A DNA stretch of 64,000 nucleotides. Origin: the human T2T-CHM13v2.0 reference genome, Homo sapiens. Location: NCBI RefSeq assembly GCF_009914755.1, contig NC_060937.1, one strand, 5' to 3'. This document shows positions 1-12,631 of this stretch, piece after piece. The notes beneath the pieces were generated by a model. It made no database searches and was not told the origin of the DNA. It worked only from the letters and a program-made list of their open reading frames with translations. Position numbers and translations under genes: made by a program. Each line of letters opens with the position of its first letter. Position 1 is the first letter of the stretch.

Positions 1-1499
1 AGGTGCTAATCTGGATAATATTTGCCAGTTTACTTATTTAGTTGACTAAATCTAAATTTCCTTGGCTGACTGATGTCACAAGGGACCTGGCAGGCCCAGG
101 GCCAGGCAGCACCCCACCTGCACCCTCTGGGAGGGTGGCCCCGACAGTCCCTGCCAGGACGCAGGGTTCGAGGACATCCTCACCTGACCTGAGCCGGGTT
201 AGAAAGAGTCTTGCTCATCACATCCCTTAGCTCAGGATTTTCCCCAAGAGATGCCCAGACAACCGGGACAGGCAGAGGAAAGTCACGAAAAGGTGGTCGC
301 TGGTGACTCATCAGCCGGGATTGAAAAACAGGCTCTGATGAAGGAGACACACAGAGGCCGAGAAGATGGAGGTGGGGACACCTTGCAGGGACCCGAAGGC
401 CTGGACCACTGAGAAGCCTGCACCCTTGGGATTCCACGTGGAGCCCAATTCTGGACCAGGGGCATCCAAGGCCCTCATGGGCGGGTACCCCTCACCCCCA
501 CAGACGGGGAAGCCAGGCTCCAAGGGGCACCAGGCTTGCCCACGGGTGAGTGCAGAGCTGGAGCCAAGGTCAGGTCCCTGCCAGAGCCTCAGCATCCAAC
601 CCCCAGCCACACCCAGGACCCCTACATTCGGCCTCAGCTATGCTCTGGGACCCCGTAGACCCCTTTTCCAGCCATGCCTTGAGACCCCCACACCCCTCCC
701 TCCCCCAGCCATAACCACCTGGGGAGTCCCCGCAGTCCTGGGCTTGGGGTCCCAGCAGCAACCCCATCCCCCAACCTGGGACTGAGACACCTTGTAAGAA
801 GGGGAAGCCTGGGTGAGAGGAGGCCTCGGGAGGGAGGAAGACTTTCTTTCCTTGTCTGCTGTTCCTATGTTGATGGCTGCCTTGTCCAACTCCTTTGTCT
901 TTTCCCAGGCACGTCTCTGCCTGGGCGCATGGGTGGGTGGCCCAGCATGTCCCTGGCGGCACCTTGCCCAGGCCCCCTCCTCATCCATGCGCACTGGCCA
1001 GGAGCCCACCACACTTCTCCCTGGCAGGTGCACAAGAAGGAAGGAAGTGGCCTGCGTGGAACGGACACTGGTGACCTTTAGAAATAGAAGAGGGACCCTC
1101 AGAAGCTTGGCTGACCCCACAGTGAGGACAACGCCAGGGCCTAGAGCTCCTTCTGCAGCGGTGCAGGGGTCTTTCTGGCCCAGCACATAGGTGCAGGAGG
1201 CCACCCGCCTCCCAAGCCAGGTGCTGGGTGTTAAGTGAGGAGGAATCAGGACAGGCCAGGCCAGGCCAGGGCAGGCGGGGAAAGGCCAGAGCCAGGGTGG
1301 GAAAAAGGAGGGGAAAATGCAACTCCTTGCTGCTCACAGCTTCCCCCCACAGCAGCGGGCACCAGCTTTGTGCTCACCCATGGTCCGTGGCAGCTCAGCC
1401 AGTGCAGCAGGCACTCCGAGCCTCTGGGGCCTGTCATGTACTGGCCTCTACCTGTGGCGAGGCTCCTCCAATGGGCTCCCTGCCTTCCGGAAAGTCCTA

Positions 1500-2040
1500 A
1501 TCCAGAGCTCAGGTGAATCCTGACTTTGCAGGGAGGTCAAAGCTGTCTTTCTGAACAGGTTGCATCTGAGCTGAGCTGGAAGGGTGCTGGGAATTGGACG
1601 GGCAGAGAAATCAGGAAGAGCAATTCTGCCAGGTGGGAGGACCAGCCTGAGCCTCTGCAAGGCTGTGCACCCTGGGATGGGGTGAGCTGGTGGGGGAAGC
1701 CACAGAGGATAGTGGATGCAGGCTGGAGGGTAAGGCCTGATGGCCCAGAGGCTGCAGCTTTACCCGGGAAAGGGTTCTCTCACGCAAGGCAGGAAGAGGG
1801 GCGGCCAGGCCCAGGCTCTGGACAGCAGCGCTGACTGGGTGCGAGGAGCCATATCAGAGGCAAGGGGCAGGAGCACGGGACCCTCGGAGGCTTCTGCGTG
1901 GGAGAAGAGCAGAAATGGCACAATGAGACGGGTGGGGGTGAGCTCAGCTTGCGGGAGCGAGGGAGGACCGCCAGGGCAGAGAGGGCTCAGGGAAGTGCCT
2001 GGGGTCTGGACAGCAATGCAGCTTTGTAGGAAATGAGTGA
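1500..2040 (-). mobile_element. Degenerate L2 LINE fragments
   Basis: Purine-rich segments such as 'catctgagctgagctggaaggg' resemble the antisense L2 3' region. Heavily diverged, boundaries approximate. Confidence 0.35.
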
Positions 2041-2089
2041 ATGGCGTGGAAGGGAAACGTGGTGGGTTGTGGGCTCAGCAGATGCTATT

Positions 2090-2529
2090 TGTATTGGTCT
2101 CCAGATGCTGCCCTGACAAATGACCACAGACAGGTGGCTTAGACAGCAGAGCACATTCACTCCCAGCTCTGGAGCCAGGTGGGCAGGACTGCTTCCTTCC
2201 GAGGCTGCAAGGGAGCCTCTGTTCCAGCCTCTCCCCAGCTTCCGGTGGCAGCCGGCCATCCTCGGTGCCCCTCAGTGTGTGGAAGCACCACCCGACCTCT
2301 GCCTGCATCTTCACGTGCTCCTCTCCCTGTGTGTGTCTGTGTCCAAATCACCCCTTTTTCTAAGGACATGGCCATAAGCATTCAGGCCCACCCCACTCCA
2401 GGGTGACCACCTCCGAGCTGAACTAATGACACCCAGTGACCTTATTTCCAAATAAGGACACACATTCTGAGGTATTGGGTGTCAGATCTTCACCATGTCT
2501 TTTTGGGGAACACAATTGAGCCTGTAACA
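2090..2529 (-). mobile_element. MaLR solo LTR, MLT1C-like
   Basis: Starts tgtattgg and ends cctgtaaca. Diagnostic blocks 'gaccttatttccaaataaggacacacattctgaggtattggg' and 'ctctgcctgcatcttcacgtg'. Confidence 0.85.
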
Positions 2530-5094
2530 CTGCTTTTTAGGATTTAAAGCTTTACATTATTTAATAGCAAGATGAAGTTTCTATTCTTCCATCAGGACTT
2601 CAGAGTGAACATGGTTTGCAAATCCTGCTCCTGATGTCCATGAGAGAGCGCCGCCGCCACGTCTGCATCCCCTTGCGGGGGCCAGGTAGCACTCTGTGAA
2701 AAGCACGCTCTTCCTCAGCCAGCCGAGCCAGCCAGTGCGCTGGACTTTGCTGGGCATCCTGGGCTCAAGTTGCAGGGTAGGGTTCCGGGCTGATGGACAA
2801 TGCAGGGACCACACAGGCAGATGGCCCTCGACCCCGTCGCCCCACACTGCCAGAGAAGCTGTTCACCCAGCAACATAGCTGAAGGGTGAAAGGAATGGAA
2901 CAGAAGATGGCATGGAGCCCGAAGAGTGCCCCGCAGATCTGTAATTTGGGCTAATGAGAAGCTCCAGAGCAAGCTGACTCGGTTACATAAGAATCCGGAG
3001 CTGCCTCCTGTGTTGCTGCCTGGCTTTATTTTTGTTGCCTCTCCGTGGGGTTCATTTAAGGTCTGTGGTGGCTGAAGTATTTTAGCCTGAGTGATGGTGG
3101 CAAACAGTGTGTCCTTGTGTGGATGTACAAGGGCTGACCCAGGGGAGGGTGTTGGGGAAAGCAAGCCACCAAGAACCCCACCACCCATGACTCAGAGGCA
3201 GAGCTGTGGCCAGCGGCTGCATGGCCCCGGTCTTCCTGCCATCCTGAGGACTGTCTTCAGCATCAGGATGAAGTGAAGGGCAGCTACCGCACGTCCTTTT
3301 GGGAGCACATCACCGCCTGAAACCATGGTGAAGCGAGATGCAAAGCAAGCAATTAACCAGGAAAAAATACCCTAGGAGCTACCGGGAAAATCGTTAAAAC
3401 ACAGAAAAACAAGCAGGATAATTACACAAAATGCCTCCACCAACTCGGAGGAAAAGAGGGGCTTAGAATTGATGGTAACAGCTGGATTTCACCCTCCTAT
3501 CACAGCAATCGGATGTTTCAAGGAATACATTTTCTTTAAAATGGAAATATATTTTAGTCTTTTGGGGGAGGTACTTCTAATATTGTTGCATTTTATAAGA
3601 GTGTTGAAAGTTTTCTTACTGAAGACAAGGCACACTGAGCCTTGTGCTGCAGATTTAGGACAAAATAGGAACACTTCTAATCATCTGCTCCATGACTTCT
3701 GAAATTGGGAGGATTCTTCCCAGCATGGTTCTTACAAATATGGCTGCCAGAGCAAGGGCAGAAAATCTGCTGAAGAACCATTTTCCTCTGTCCCACCCCC
3801 GCCCCGCCCCAAGTAAGTCCATAACCCTGAGTCTGCATAGAATCTACAGAAGGTGACTGTTGGCAATACGGACTCTGAAAACACAGGAATTGCCCTCACA
3901 GGGATATTTAGACTAGCAGGGGTGTCAACATGTGTCCCCTTAAACACATTTAAAAACTGAAGACAGAAGGAAATGATGATATTGAGAGTGAAGAAACGAT
4001 GGGAAGGAATGAGAATACCATGGCAAGGAGGCTAGGAAAATGTGGATGGCTCTCTACTCTCACTAAATCCCGCTCTGTTATTTGCTACATTGAATGGCAT
4101 AAATGGTCTCAACAAAGTAGATACAAATCCACATGTACATCTTAATATTGACCAACAATTTCAAAACCTGTTTGTGTCTTGGGAAAAGTATGGCCAAAAA
4201 TATTAACTAGATCTCTAGGACAGAAGAACTGAGATGAACATTTTCCGGAAATCTTCACAATGTGGACATCTAAATGCACCCAGTTAGCTATATGGCCTGA
4301 CTCTGGACTAGTATGGGCCAGGATTTTCAGAGCTAGTATTCCATGAATTACTATGAATCATCCTCATTTGACAGCACTAGTAAGGCATCCCTGTGCCTCT
4401 ATGAACAAGTCACTGAGGAGGATCCGAGAATCTAAGAACGGACTGTTCTCAAGGAACAGAGAGTGTGCAAGGCAAGGCAGCTACACTAGTAGATGCAAAA
4501 TACAACTGAACAAAATGTGACTGTGTAATCCAAGTTATATATATGAGGGTGGGGGAATAAAAAATGAGGAACTGAGGCAGATTAGCCAAGCCATATGGAG
4601 ACTGATTTTTAAATTTCAGACATATGATCCAACAAAGGAAGTGTGTTGCGGTTTTTGTGGTTGTTAACCTCTCTCAGAGCTAAATGCTCTGTGGGAGGCG
4701 TAGCTCTGATGCCGAAGTACTGGAATCCCTGGGACATTTCTGTGGTTTCTGCTTGTGCTCCAGCTCCATGGCAGAGAAGTTGGAGCTCAAGTGCTCATGT
4801 GTCAATGAGTTGGAACAGATCAGAGCAGAACCTCTGACCAGTCCTGATTCTCACAGAACGATGTACCTCCTGCCCCTGCTTCACTGACCTTCCATAGTCA
4901 TGGATGGAGAATGTTCCTCAAGCCCTCAGCTGCCCAGGCCCCACCAAGGACTGGGTGTGTGTGACGATGTCATAGAGGAGCCGCTGTCCTCAGATGAAGC
5001 CACACATTAGAGGCCTCAGTGTATGGACCACATTATTTTGAGTCATCACAGACTTGGTTTTCTCAGTTTTACCTTTGCATTTTCCACTGGCCCG

Positions 5095-5655
5095 TGATAT
5101 GGGTTAAATTGTCTTCCCTCAAAAATACATGTTGAAGTCCTAACCCCCAGTACCTATGAATGTGACCTCTTTGGAAATGGAGCCATTGACGATGTAATTT
5201 GACTAAGATGAGGTCACCCTGAAGTCGGCTGGGCCCTAATCCAACATGCCAGGGGTCCTCATAAGCAGACAGAGACACAGAGGAAGGAGGTCATGTGAAG
5301 ACACAGACACAGAGGAAGGAGGTCACGTGAAGACAGAGGTACAGAGGAAGGAGGTCACGTGAAGACAGAGACACAGAGGAAGGAGGTCACGTGAAGACAC
5401 AGACACAGAGGAAGGAGGTCACGTGAAGACAGAGGTACAGAGGAAGGAGGTCACGTAAGACAGAGGCCGACTGGAGTGATGCGGCCAGAATCTGGAGGAG
5501 GAGGAAGGATCCCCCTGAATCTCCAGAGAGAAAGCAGCAGCCCTGCCAGCACGGGGCGTTTGGATTCTGGCCTCCAGATTGTGAGAATAAATTTCTGATG
5601 TTTGAAGCCACCCAGTTTGTGACACTCATAACAACAACCTTAGGAAATGGACACA
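5095..5655 (+). mobile_element. MaLR solo LTR, MLT1C-like, with internal tandem expansion
   Basis: 'tgatatgggttaaattgtc...catgttgaagtcctaacccccagtacc...tggcctccagattgtgagaataaatttctg...aagccacccagtttgtg...acaca'. Confidence 0.88.
5267..5466. repeat. 32-bp minisatellite x6 inside the MLT1C LTR
   Basis: Unit ~ACAGAGGAAGGAGGTCACGTGAAGACAGAGAC. AGGTCA recurs at 5288, 5320, 5352, 5384, 5416 and 5448. Confidence 0.95.
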
Positions 5656-5883
5656 GTCTGCGTTGAGGGTTATGATGGGAAACAGGCCATAGGGAAGTCA
5701 TGCTTGCATTCTAGAGACGTAGCTGAGAACCTATTCCTCTCTATCCCTCAGTGACCACAGGATATTGGTAAACACTGGTTCCACGAAAAGCGCTCATCTC
5801 TCCTGCCAGCCCATGTGTCACCAGGAGTGGGTCACAGGTGTTCTGAGCTCTGGATTCCCTGCATCTTTGGGGTTGGACGGCCT

Positions 5884-6908
5884 GGGACAGTGGCTGCACC
5901 GTGGGGGGACAGGGCCCTTGGAGGACTGTGAGTGGCCTCCTGCCCAGGACAGCGGCAGCACCTCGGGGGGACAGGGCCCTTGGAGGACTGAGTGGCCTCC
6001 TGCCCGGGACAGCAGCAGCACCGCGAGGGGACAGGGCCCTTGGAGGACCGCGAGTGGCCTCCTGCCCAGGATAGCGGCAGCACCTCGGGGTATGGGGCCC
6101 TTGGAGGACTGAGTGGCCTCCTGCCCGGGACAGTGGCAGCACCTCGGGGGGACAGGGCCCTCGGAGGACTGTGAGTGGCCTCCTGCCCAGGATAGCGGCA
6201 GCACCTCGGGGAATGGAGCCCTTGGAGGACTGAGTGGCCTCCTGCCCGGGACAGCGGCAAGCACCTCGGGGGGACAGGGCCCTTGGAGGACCGTGAGTGG
6301 CCTCCTGCCCAGGACAGTGGCAGCACCTCGGGGGATGGAGCCCTTGGAGGACTGTGAGTGGCCTCCTGCCTGGGACAGCAGCAGCACCGCAGGGGGACAG
6401 GGCCCTTGGAGGACTGTGAGTGGCCTCCTGCCCAGGACAGCGGCAGCACCTCGGGGGGACAGGGCCCTTGGAGGACTGAGTGGCCTCCTGCCTGGGACAG
6501 CAGCAGCACCTCGGGGGGACAGGGCCCTTGGAGGACCGTGAGTGGCCTCCTGCCCGGGACAGTGGCAGCACCTCGGGGAATGGAGCCCTTGGAGGACTGA
6601 GTGGCCTCCTGCCCAGGACAGCGGCAAGCACCTCGGGGGGACAGGGCCCTTGGAGGACTGAGTGGCCTCCTGCCCGGGACAGCAGCAGCACCGCGAGGGG
6701 ACAGGGCCCTTGGAGGACCGCGAGTGGCCTCCTGCCCGGGATAGCGGCAGCACCTCGGGGTATGGGGCCCTTGGAGGATGGAGTGGCCTCCTGCCCGGGA
6801 CAGTGGCAGCACCTCGGGGAATGGAGCCCTTGCAGGACTGAGTGGCCTCCTGCCCGAGACAGTGGCAGCACCTCGGGGGATGGAGCCCTTGGAGGACTGT
6901 GAGTGGCC
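5884..6908. repeat. GC-rich VNTR, ~59-63-bp unit, ~17 copies
   Basis: Unit GTGGCCTCCTGCCC(A/G)GGACAGCGGCAGCACCTCGGGGGGACAGGGCCCTTGGAGGACT(GT)GA, with interspersed variant units. Confidence 0.97.
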
Positions 6909-8319
6909 TGCACAAGCCTCAGCATGTACTGCAGCTTTCACGGCTCCTGTGCCCCATGGTGCTGAGAAGGCGGGAAGCGTTGTCCAGATGGATGGCTCTG
7001 TGTGTGTGTGTGAGGAACACTCGCCCTGCTACCTGGAGGCTTCCATTTGCAGCTCACCTGAGTTGCCACTTGGATCCATTTTCTGAGTCTTGTTTTATGT
7101 GTTTTACAGGGCATTCAAAGTCCTTTAGGATAGAAAATACAGCAAGAGTGAACAAATGGATGCCAGGAAAGGGGAAACCGAGGGCAGCATATTTTACATG
7201 AGGGCTGCCCCATACACTCTAGGGTCATTGCACCTGTCGAGAAACTCTGATCGTTGGTTGGGTTTTTCTTCTGTAGGAGCCTCAGCGTTTGGTGCATTCC
7301 ATGCATATGGAGGCACAGACAGATGTCACCTGTGGCGGAGACAGCCGTGCCTGTCCAGTTTCTTTTTATTTTTTATCATTATCATTTGTTAAATGTTTTC
7401 TGGCTCCTTACGAGTGTCCTGGACGCTGTGCTGGGCACCCAGTGCTGAATAAAAAGTAAGGCTCTCATCTTGGGTGTTTACTTGCTAAATTCTCTGTAGA
7501 GGCAAAGGCTCTATATTCAGAAATTTTAGAATGAACAGGAATTAACATTAGCAATGAATTGAATGCAAGAGCCAATGCACTCTGTAAGTAAATCCTTCCC
7601 ACAAGTCCTTTTAATTTTTATTGGATTATAAATAACTTCCTGGGCCAACAGCCAAGGGAAAGCTGCCTTGAGAGAGCCCAGAACGATTTGCACAATGAAG
7701 TTGCTGTGGCTGGAACTTTCTACTGTCCGGCATGAGCCTTCCTCACAACTGATCATTGTAATTTCCATACATAGATTTCAAATTGAGTCACAAGAATTAA
7801 AAGCACAGGTTCTGGAGAATGTGGAAGACGATCAACAGGGAAGGAGGTGGGGGCGTGTGGAGATGGTCGTTCACATGTTAACACTGGAGATCTTCCTGCG
7901 TCCTCATCACTTTTCCTGCCTACAAGCAACTCACACTATTTCTTCCTTGGCCACAAGATGGAGATTTTTTTTTAGAGAAGAAAGAGGGAAAAAGAGGAGC
8001 AGAGTCACCATGAGGTTCACCAGGCGTGGAGTATAGATGAAAGGGCTCAAGAGTGGGGCTGCAGAGTGTGGGTCTGGTGATGCAGGGGCAGACAAGCAGC
8101 CCAGGAGGCTCTCCCAGGTAGAGTGCGGGCAGGGACGGGTGGGAAGCGGGCACGGTGCTGACAGCTCTCGGGTCCCCTGTACCATCCTATGGCTGAATAT
8201 CAGGATAAGTGTCTCAAGTTATGGGCCAGCTCATCCACCTTGTCCATCTCATCTCAGCAGGGTCAGCCCCAGGTGACTGGTGTCCTTGGCTCACATGGTT
8301 TATTTGGGTGACTGTCTTT

Positions 8320-8480
8320 GGAAGACACTATTTAAAGCACTTTACACACATAAACTCATTTAATTCTCTTGACAATCCTATCCTACAAGATGTTTTTAAG
8401 TCCCCGTTTTATAAAGGAGGAAACTGAGGCACAGAGAAGCTAAGGTGCTTGCCTGAGGTCACACAGCCTGAGTGGGAGAG
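8320..8480 (-). mobile_element. MIR SINE
   Basis: 'aactcatttaattctc...ccccgttttataaaggaggaaactgaggcacagagaagctaaggtgcttgcctgaggtcacacagc' matches the antisense MIR core. Confidence 0.85.
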
Positions 8481-8497
8481 CCCCCACGTGCACGCAT

Positions 8498-8752
8498 TCA
8501 CTGTATTCCCTCTGGAGAGAAGGTACTTCTCCATTCTCCTGATTTCGCTCACTGCATTCCCTCTGGAGAGAAGGTACTTCTCCATTCTCCTGATTTCGCT
8601 CACTGCATTCCCTCTGGAGAGAAGGTACTTCTCCATTCTCCTGATTTCGCTCACTGCATTCCCTCTGGAGAGAAGGTACTTCTCCATTCTCCTGATTTCA
8701 CTCACTGTATTCCCTCTGGAGAGAAGGTACTTCTCCATTCTCCTGATTTCAC
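8498..8752. repeat. 51-bp minisatellite x5
   Basis: Unit TCACTG(C/T)ATTCCCTCTGGAGAGAAGGTACTTCTCCATTCTCCTGATTTC(G/A)C, near-identical copies. Confidence 0.97.
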
Positions 8753-9164
8753 ATTCTCACGTTGTCTTGTGGATGGAGGCTATGGGCCTCCACTGAGGAG
8801 AGGCTGTGGCCAAGCGTTCAGAGTCAGGTAGACCTTCACTTTCACACCTGCCCCAAGCAGGGCTGGGCCCACAGTGCCCTAAGGCCAACTGGTAATGGGA
8901 TCATTGCCCTCCTTGTGGGCAGCAGTAACTGGCTCCTCCCTAGGAGGGCAGAGAAGGTCCTCCTCCTAGGAGGACCACGATCAGGGTGGTGGGTGGGACT
9001 CTCCTCCCCAGGTGTCAGCCAAGGGACCTCCCTCCCTGTGAGGCTGTGGGGCAGTGGGCTCCCGCATCTTAGATTGTACGTGTATTTGTGTACGTGAACT
9101 GGCATCTGTCTTCCCAGCTGCGTTGTGGGCATCACAAGGCCAGGTTTCATGTGTGTTTTTGCTC

Positions 9165-9242
9165 ACACCTGGCACCTGGCCCTATCTGAGCCAGTTCCTG
9201 GTAGACAGTAGGTGCTCAGTAGCTGTTTGTTGCGTAATTGAT
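9165..9242 (+). mobile_element. L2 3' end fragment
   Basis: 'cagttcctggtagacagtaggtgctcagtagctgtttgttg' resembles the L2 terminal motif. Confidence 0.5.
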
Positions 9243-12200
9243 CACCCCCATTGGAAAGCTCCTGAAAGGTCTGCTCGTGGGACTGGGTGAGTCCATCGCC
9301 CTGGGACAGGCTGCTCATGGTGCATTTGTTTATTTTTTAAATGTTTCATTTTTGTGACCGTTATAAGTGAGTATGGTTAAAAAGCAAGATGGACTCACAA
9401 GCTTTTCAGGAAAAACACCAGCGCTCTGCCCCGCAGAGTGGGCACAGGGGCTCAGGGTTCTTACAGGGGATTTCCACGGTCTTTCCAGTAACACAGCATT
9501 GCTGCTCTTTCCCGCCTGGTTCCAGCCTCGCCGCACAGCATTTAGAGTTCTGGTCTACTTCACGTGCACACAACAGCTGCCTGTGCCATCACCATGGAGC
9601 AGTGTCACTGGTGCCTCTGCATCCTGGGCAGCTGCATTGGCTGTGGTGCAACTGCACGTGTTGGTGTGAGGACAGGAGCTGATACTGCAGAAGGAAGGGG
9701 GTGACCCGGGGTCTCTGAGGTCCCCACTGGGTACCTCAACCTCCTCCTCTAGCCCTGGCCCTGGGGATCCCCCATCCGCCTCCTCCCGCACTCATCACTG
9801 GCCGCTTTGTATCCTTATGGCCTCCCAGGATGGGGTGGAACCTCAGTGTGAACAGGTAACTGGAATTGATAGGCTGGAATGGCATTTTCTTATTAATTTA
9901 TATATATATTCAAAAGATGCTGGCACTCCTAGTTTGATAATTTGTAGAAAAGTCCTTGCCTCTCTACTTCATCACCTTTATTCCCTTCTCAGTCTGAATT
10001 AGTGCATGGACTGCTCTTGTAGAAGCATCCCATCAGGATGGAATCCACGTGTCCAGAGACACACACTGATTGGCTCAGAGCAGGAGCACCTGGTGCCACA
10101 TGGAGGCACTGCTGAAAGCCAGCACCAGCAAAGAACATGTCCTCTAGAACCGTGAGCAGAACTGAGAGGACAGTGAGGATGAAGTGGGAGAATAACAGTG
10201 GCCGCTTGTTCACGAGTCTATAACATCCAGCCCAGTGGCTGGAGGCTCGGCAGGCGTGTGGGTGGATGTGGGTGTGCATTTGTGCTCCATGTGTGAGTTG
10301 TGAACATACCACGTGCCCTTTCCACCACTTGGTTCAGTGTTTGAAGAGCGAGCCATGAGTCGGCGTCGGGACAGAATCCTAACAGCAATCCGTTCCTTTT
10401 CAACAGAACAGGATGTAATGAAATGTGTCACAGTAAAGGTGAGCTTCACCTCACTCATCTTTGTGCATATGCATGAGTCTACTGAGGCAGGCCACAAAGT
10501 ATGTTTCCTACCACCGACGGGGATCCAAAACATTTGACAACACTGAATCAGTTGTTACCACCCTATGGGACATCCTTTTAATTTGCTTACACTTACTAGC
10601 ATACTTTCCTTATAAACTTATAATTTGTATTTGTCATTTATTATGGCTCTTCATGTGGGAAAGATTTTTAAAGGACAGTTAGATTTTCAAAGAAAACCAT
10701 GAGCATGCATACCAGTTATGATTTGGCCATGGTTATCCATGCACCTCTCTGTTTTCAATGAGGTTTGGTGGAGGCGGAATGTGTTCCTTGTTGAATACAA
10801 AGCTTGGTTAAGTGTTGTTGGGAGGAGACCCCTGAGGGGAAAAAGTCTTTGTGGAACATAGTCCAGCCTGGTCTTCGTGGCTCAGGCAGAGGGAGGAGGA
10901 TGCACGTGGCAAGCCCTCTGCAGCTCAAAGACACCCAGGGGTTGGCACCAGAGCAGCCAGGACCCCCGGGCTCAGGAGAAGCCAAGTTTTCATCGGGAAC
11001 CTGGGCTCATGCATTTGGATGGAAAATTGTTGTGGGCTACATAGCCTGGGGCAACACCGTGTCTTCTTACTGTGTCCAGGAAAAATGAAGGAGAACTTGG
11101 GTGAGATCATTGATTCAGGGAGAGCTGAGCCACACTCTGTCTCTACCCTGGAGAAGCACACCTGCCTGCCTGGCACCTCTGGGAAGCCTCACTGCAACCA
11201 GTCTGCTCACCTTTCCTTCAGCCAGAGGAGAGGAGATGTCCATTTTCCCAAAGTGGCCAGTGCTCTGGGGTTGACCATTCCCTCTCTGCTGTGTTTCTCG
11301 TTCTGCTGTGTAGTGGCAAAGGCAGAAAGGAAAGGTATTTAAAAGAGCACCAGAGTCTCTCCTAGGTGATGCTGAATCCAAGAGGGAGAGGTTAAACTGG
11401 GAAGGGAATAAAGAAAAGGAAATTCAGGGAGAAGAGGGGTGAACTCCAGGTCAGTGGGCGGCTCTCCACCTCACTCGCATCAAGCCTGGGCAAGGGGTGT
11501 GGTGGGTCTCAAACTCCCTCCCGAATCGAACTGTTCCCTCTGGTGAGGACAGTGCTGCCCATCTGTGTGGAGCGGCTGAGCTCACTTGGAGGAGGAGGTA
11601 AGGAGCAGAGCCCAGTGTCTGAATGAGATTCCTGTCCACAGGAAATGAGCAAGCACCTGTCCACAGAGGGGGCAGGCCAGGGAAGTGGCTCCACAGTCCC
11701 ACCTGGAGACAATGCAGTGTCAGGCCAGGAGCGTCCGACTTCCAAGTGGCCCCGTGGGTCCGCGTGTGTGTGTGGACAGGGCCAGCGGCTGTTTTCCGCT
11801 GAGACCAGCCTTAGCCAATTATGTAAGTGCCCAGAAATGACATCCATTTAGTATCTTGCTCTGTGGAGGAAAAAGCTCCCCACTAATAACAACACCAACT
11901 ACATAGCCTCTCAGACAGTTGCAGTAATTTTCACATTATTCCAGACCCATTCATTGTCTGACAGTTTGGTACTTCAGTTATTTTCCTACTTCTGCTTAAA
12001 CTCTCCCCAAGGGAATAAGCTAATTAGTTTAACTCTTTTTGCACCTGGCTGGTGTGTGTGTTTATGGCTTTGCTTGCAATGTGTAATGACCCCTCCCAGT
12101 CTCATTCACTCTTCGTGGTCAGAGGGCCCGAACCTGTGCAGGTGCATGTACTAGAAATATGCAGGAGAGTCCACAAGTCCTGGCTAAGTCCTGAGCCTAA

Positions 12201-12631
12201 GGAAATCCAGCTGAAAACCAAATTCAGGAGTTGGGGTGCAAAGCTGAGAAGACAGGGGCTCTGGGCTGAGCCAGCAGGTATGCTCACAGCTGGGTGTGAA
12301 TGAGGCAAGGGCCAGAGACAGCCAGGAGAGGCCTGGAGACCAGAGGCTTCCAGCAGGGAGGGAGGGGGCAGGTGGCAGCGTCTGCAGTGGAGGAAGTGCT
12401 GCCCCATGAGAAGCACAGTCCGTCCTGTCCAGACTGCCCAGGGCTGTGAGGGCCCACAGTCCCAGGAGATGTCCAGGCCAGAAAGGGCAGCCTCTTAGCG
12501 GCAATGAGGCAGAGGGAGCCTGGCCCCGGGCAAGGGGCCTGCGCACTGCACTCCATGCTCCCAGCTGCGTGACTCCCCCTCACTGACGAACTTATGTGGT
12601 GGAGAAGGGCAGATGCTGAAGAGACCCCGGA

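Noticed and set aside
5741-6941. 365-394 aa ORFs in all three minus frames
   Set aside because: They are translations of the 60-bp VNTR, which lacks stops on that strand. Unit lengths vary by non-multiples of 3, so no frame is preserved.
8498-8752. CRISPR-like array of hairpin repeats (also considered for the 71- and 77-bp arrays)
   Set aside because: Units are head-to-tail with no unique spacers, the DNA is primate and no cas genes are present.
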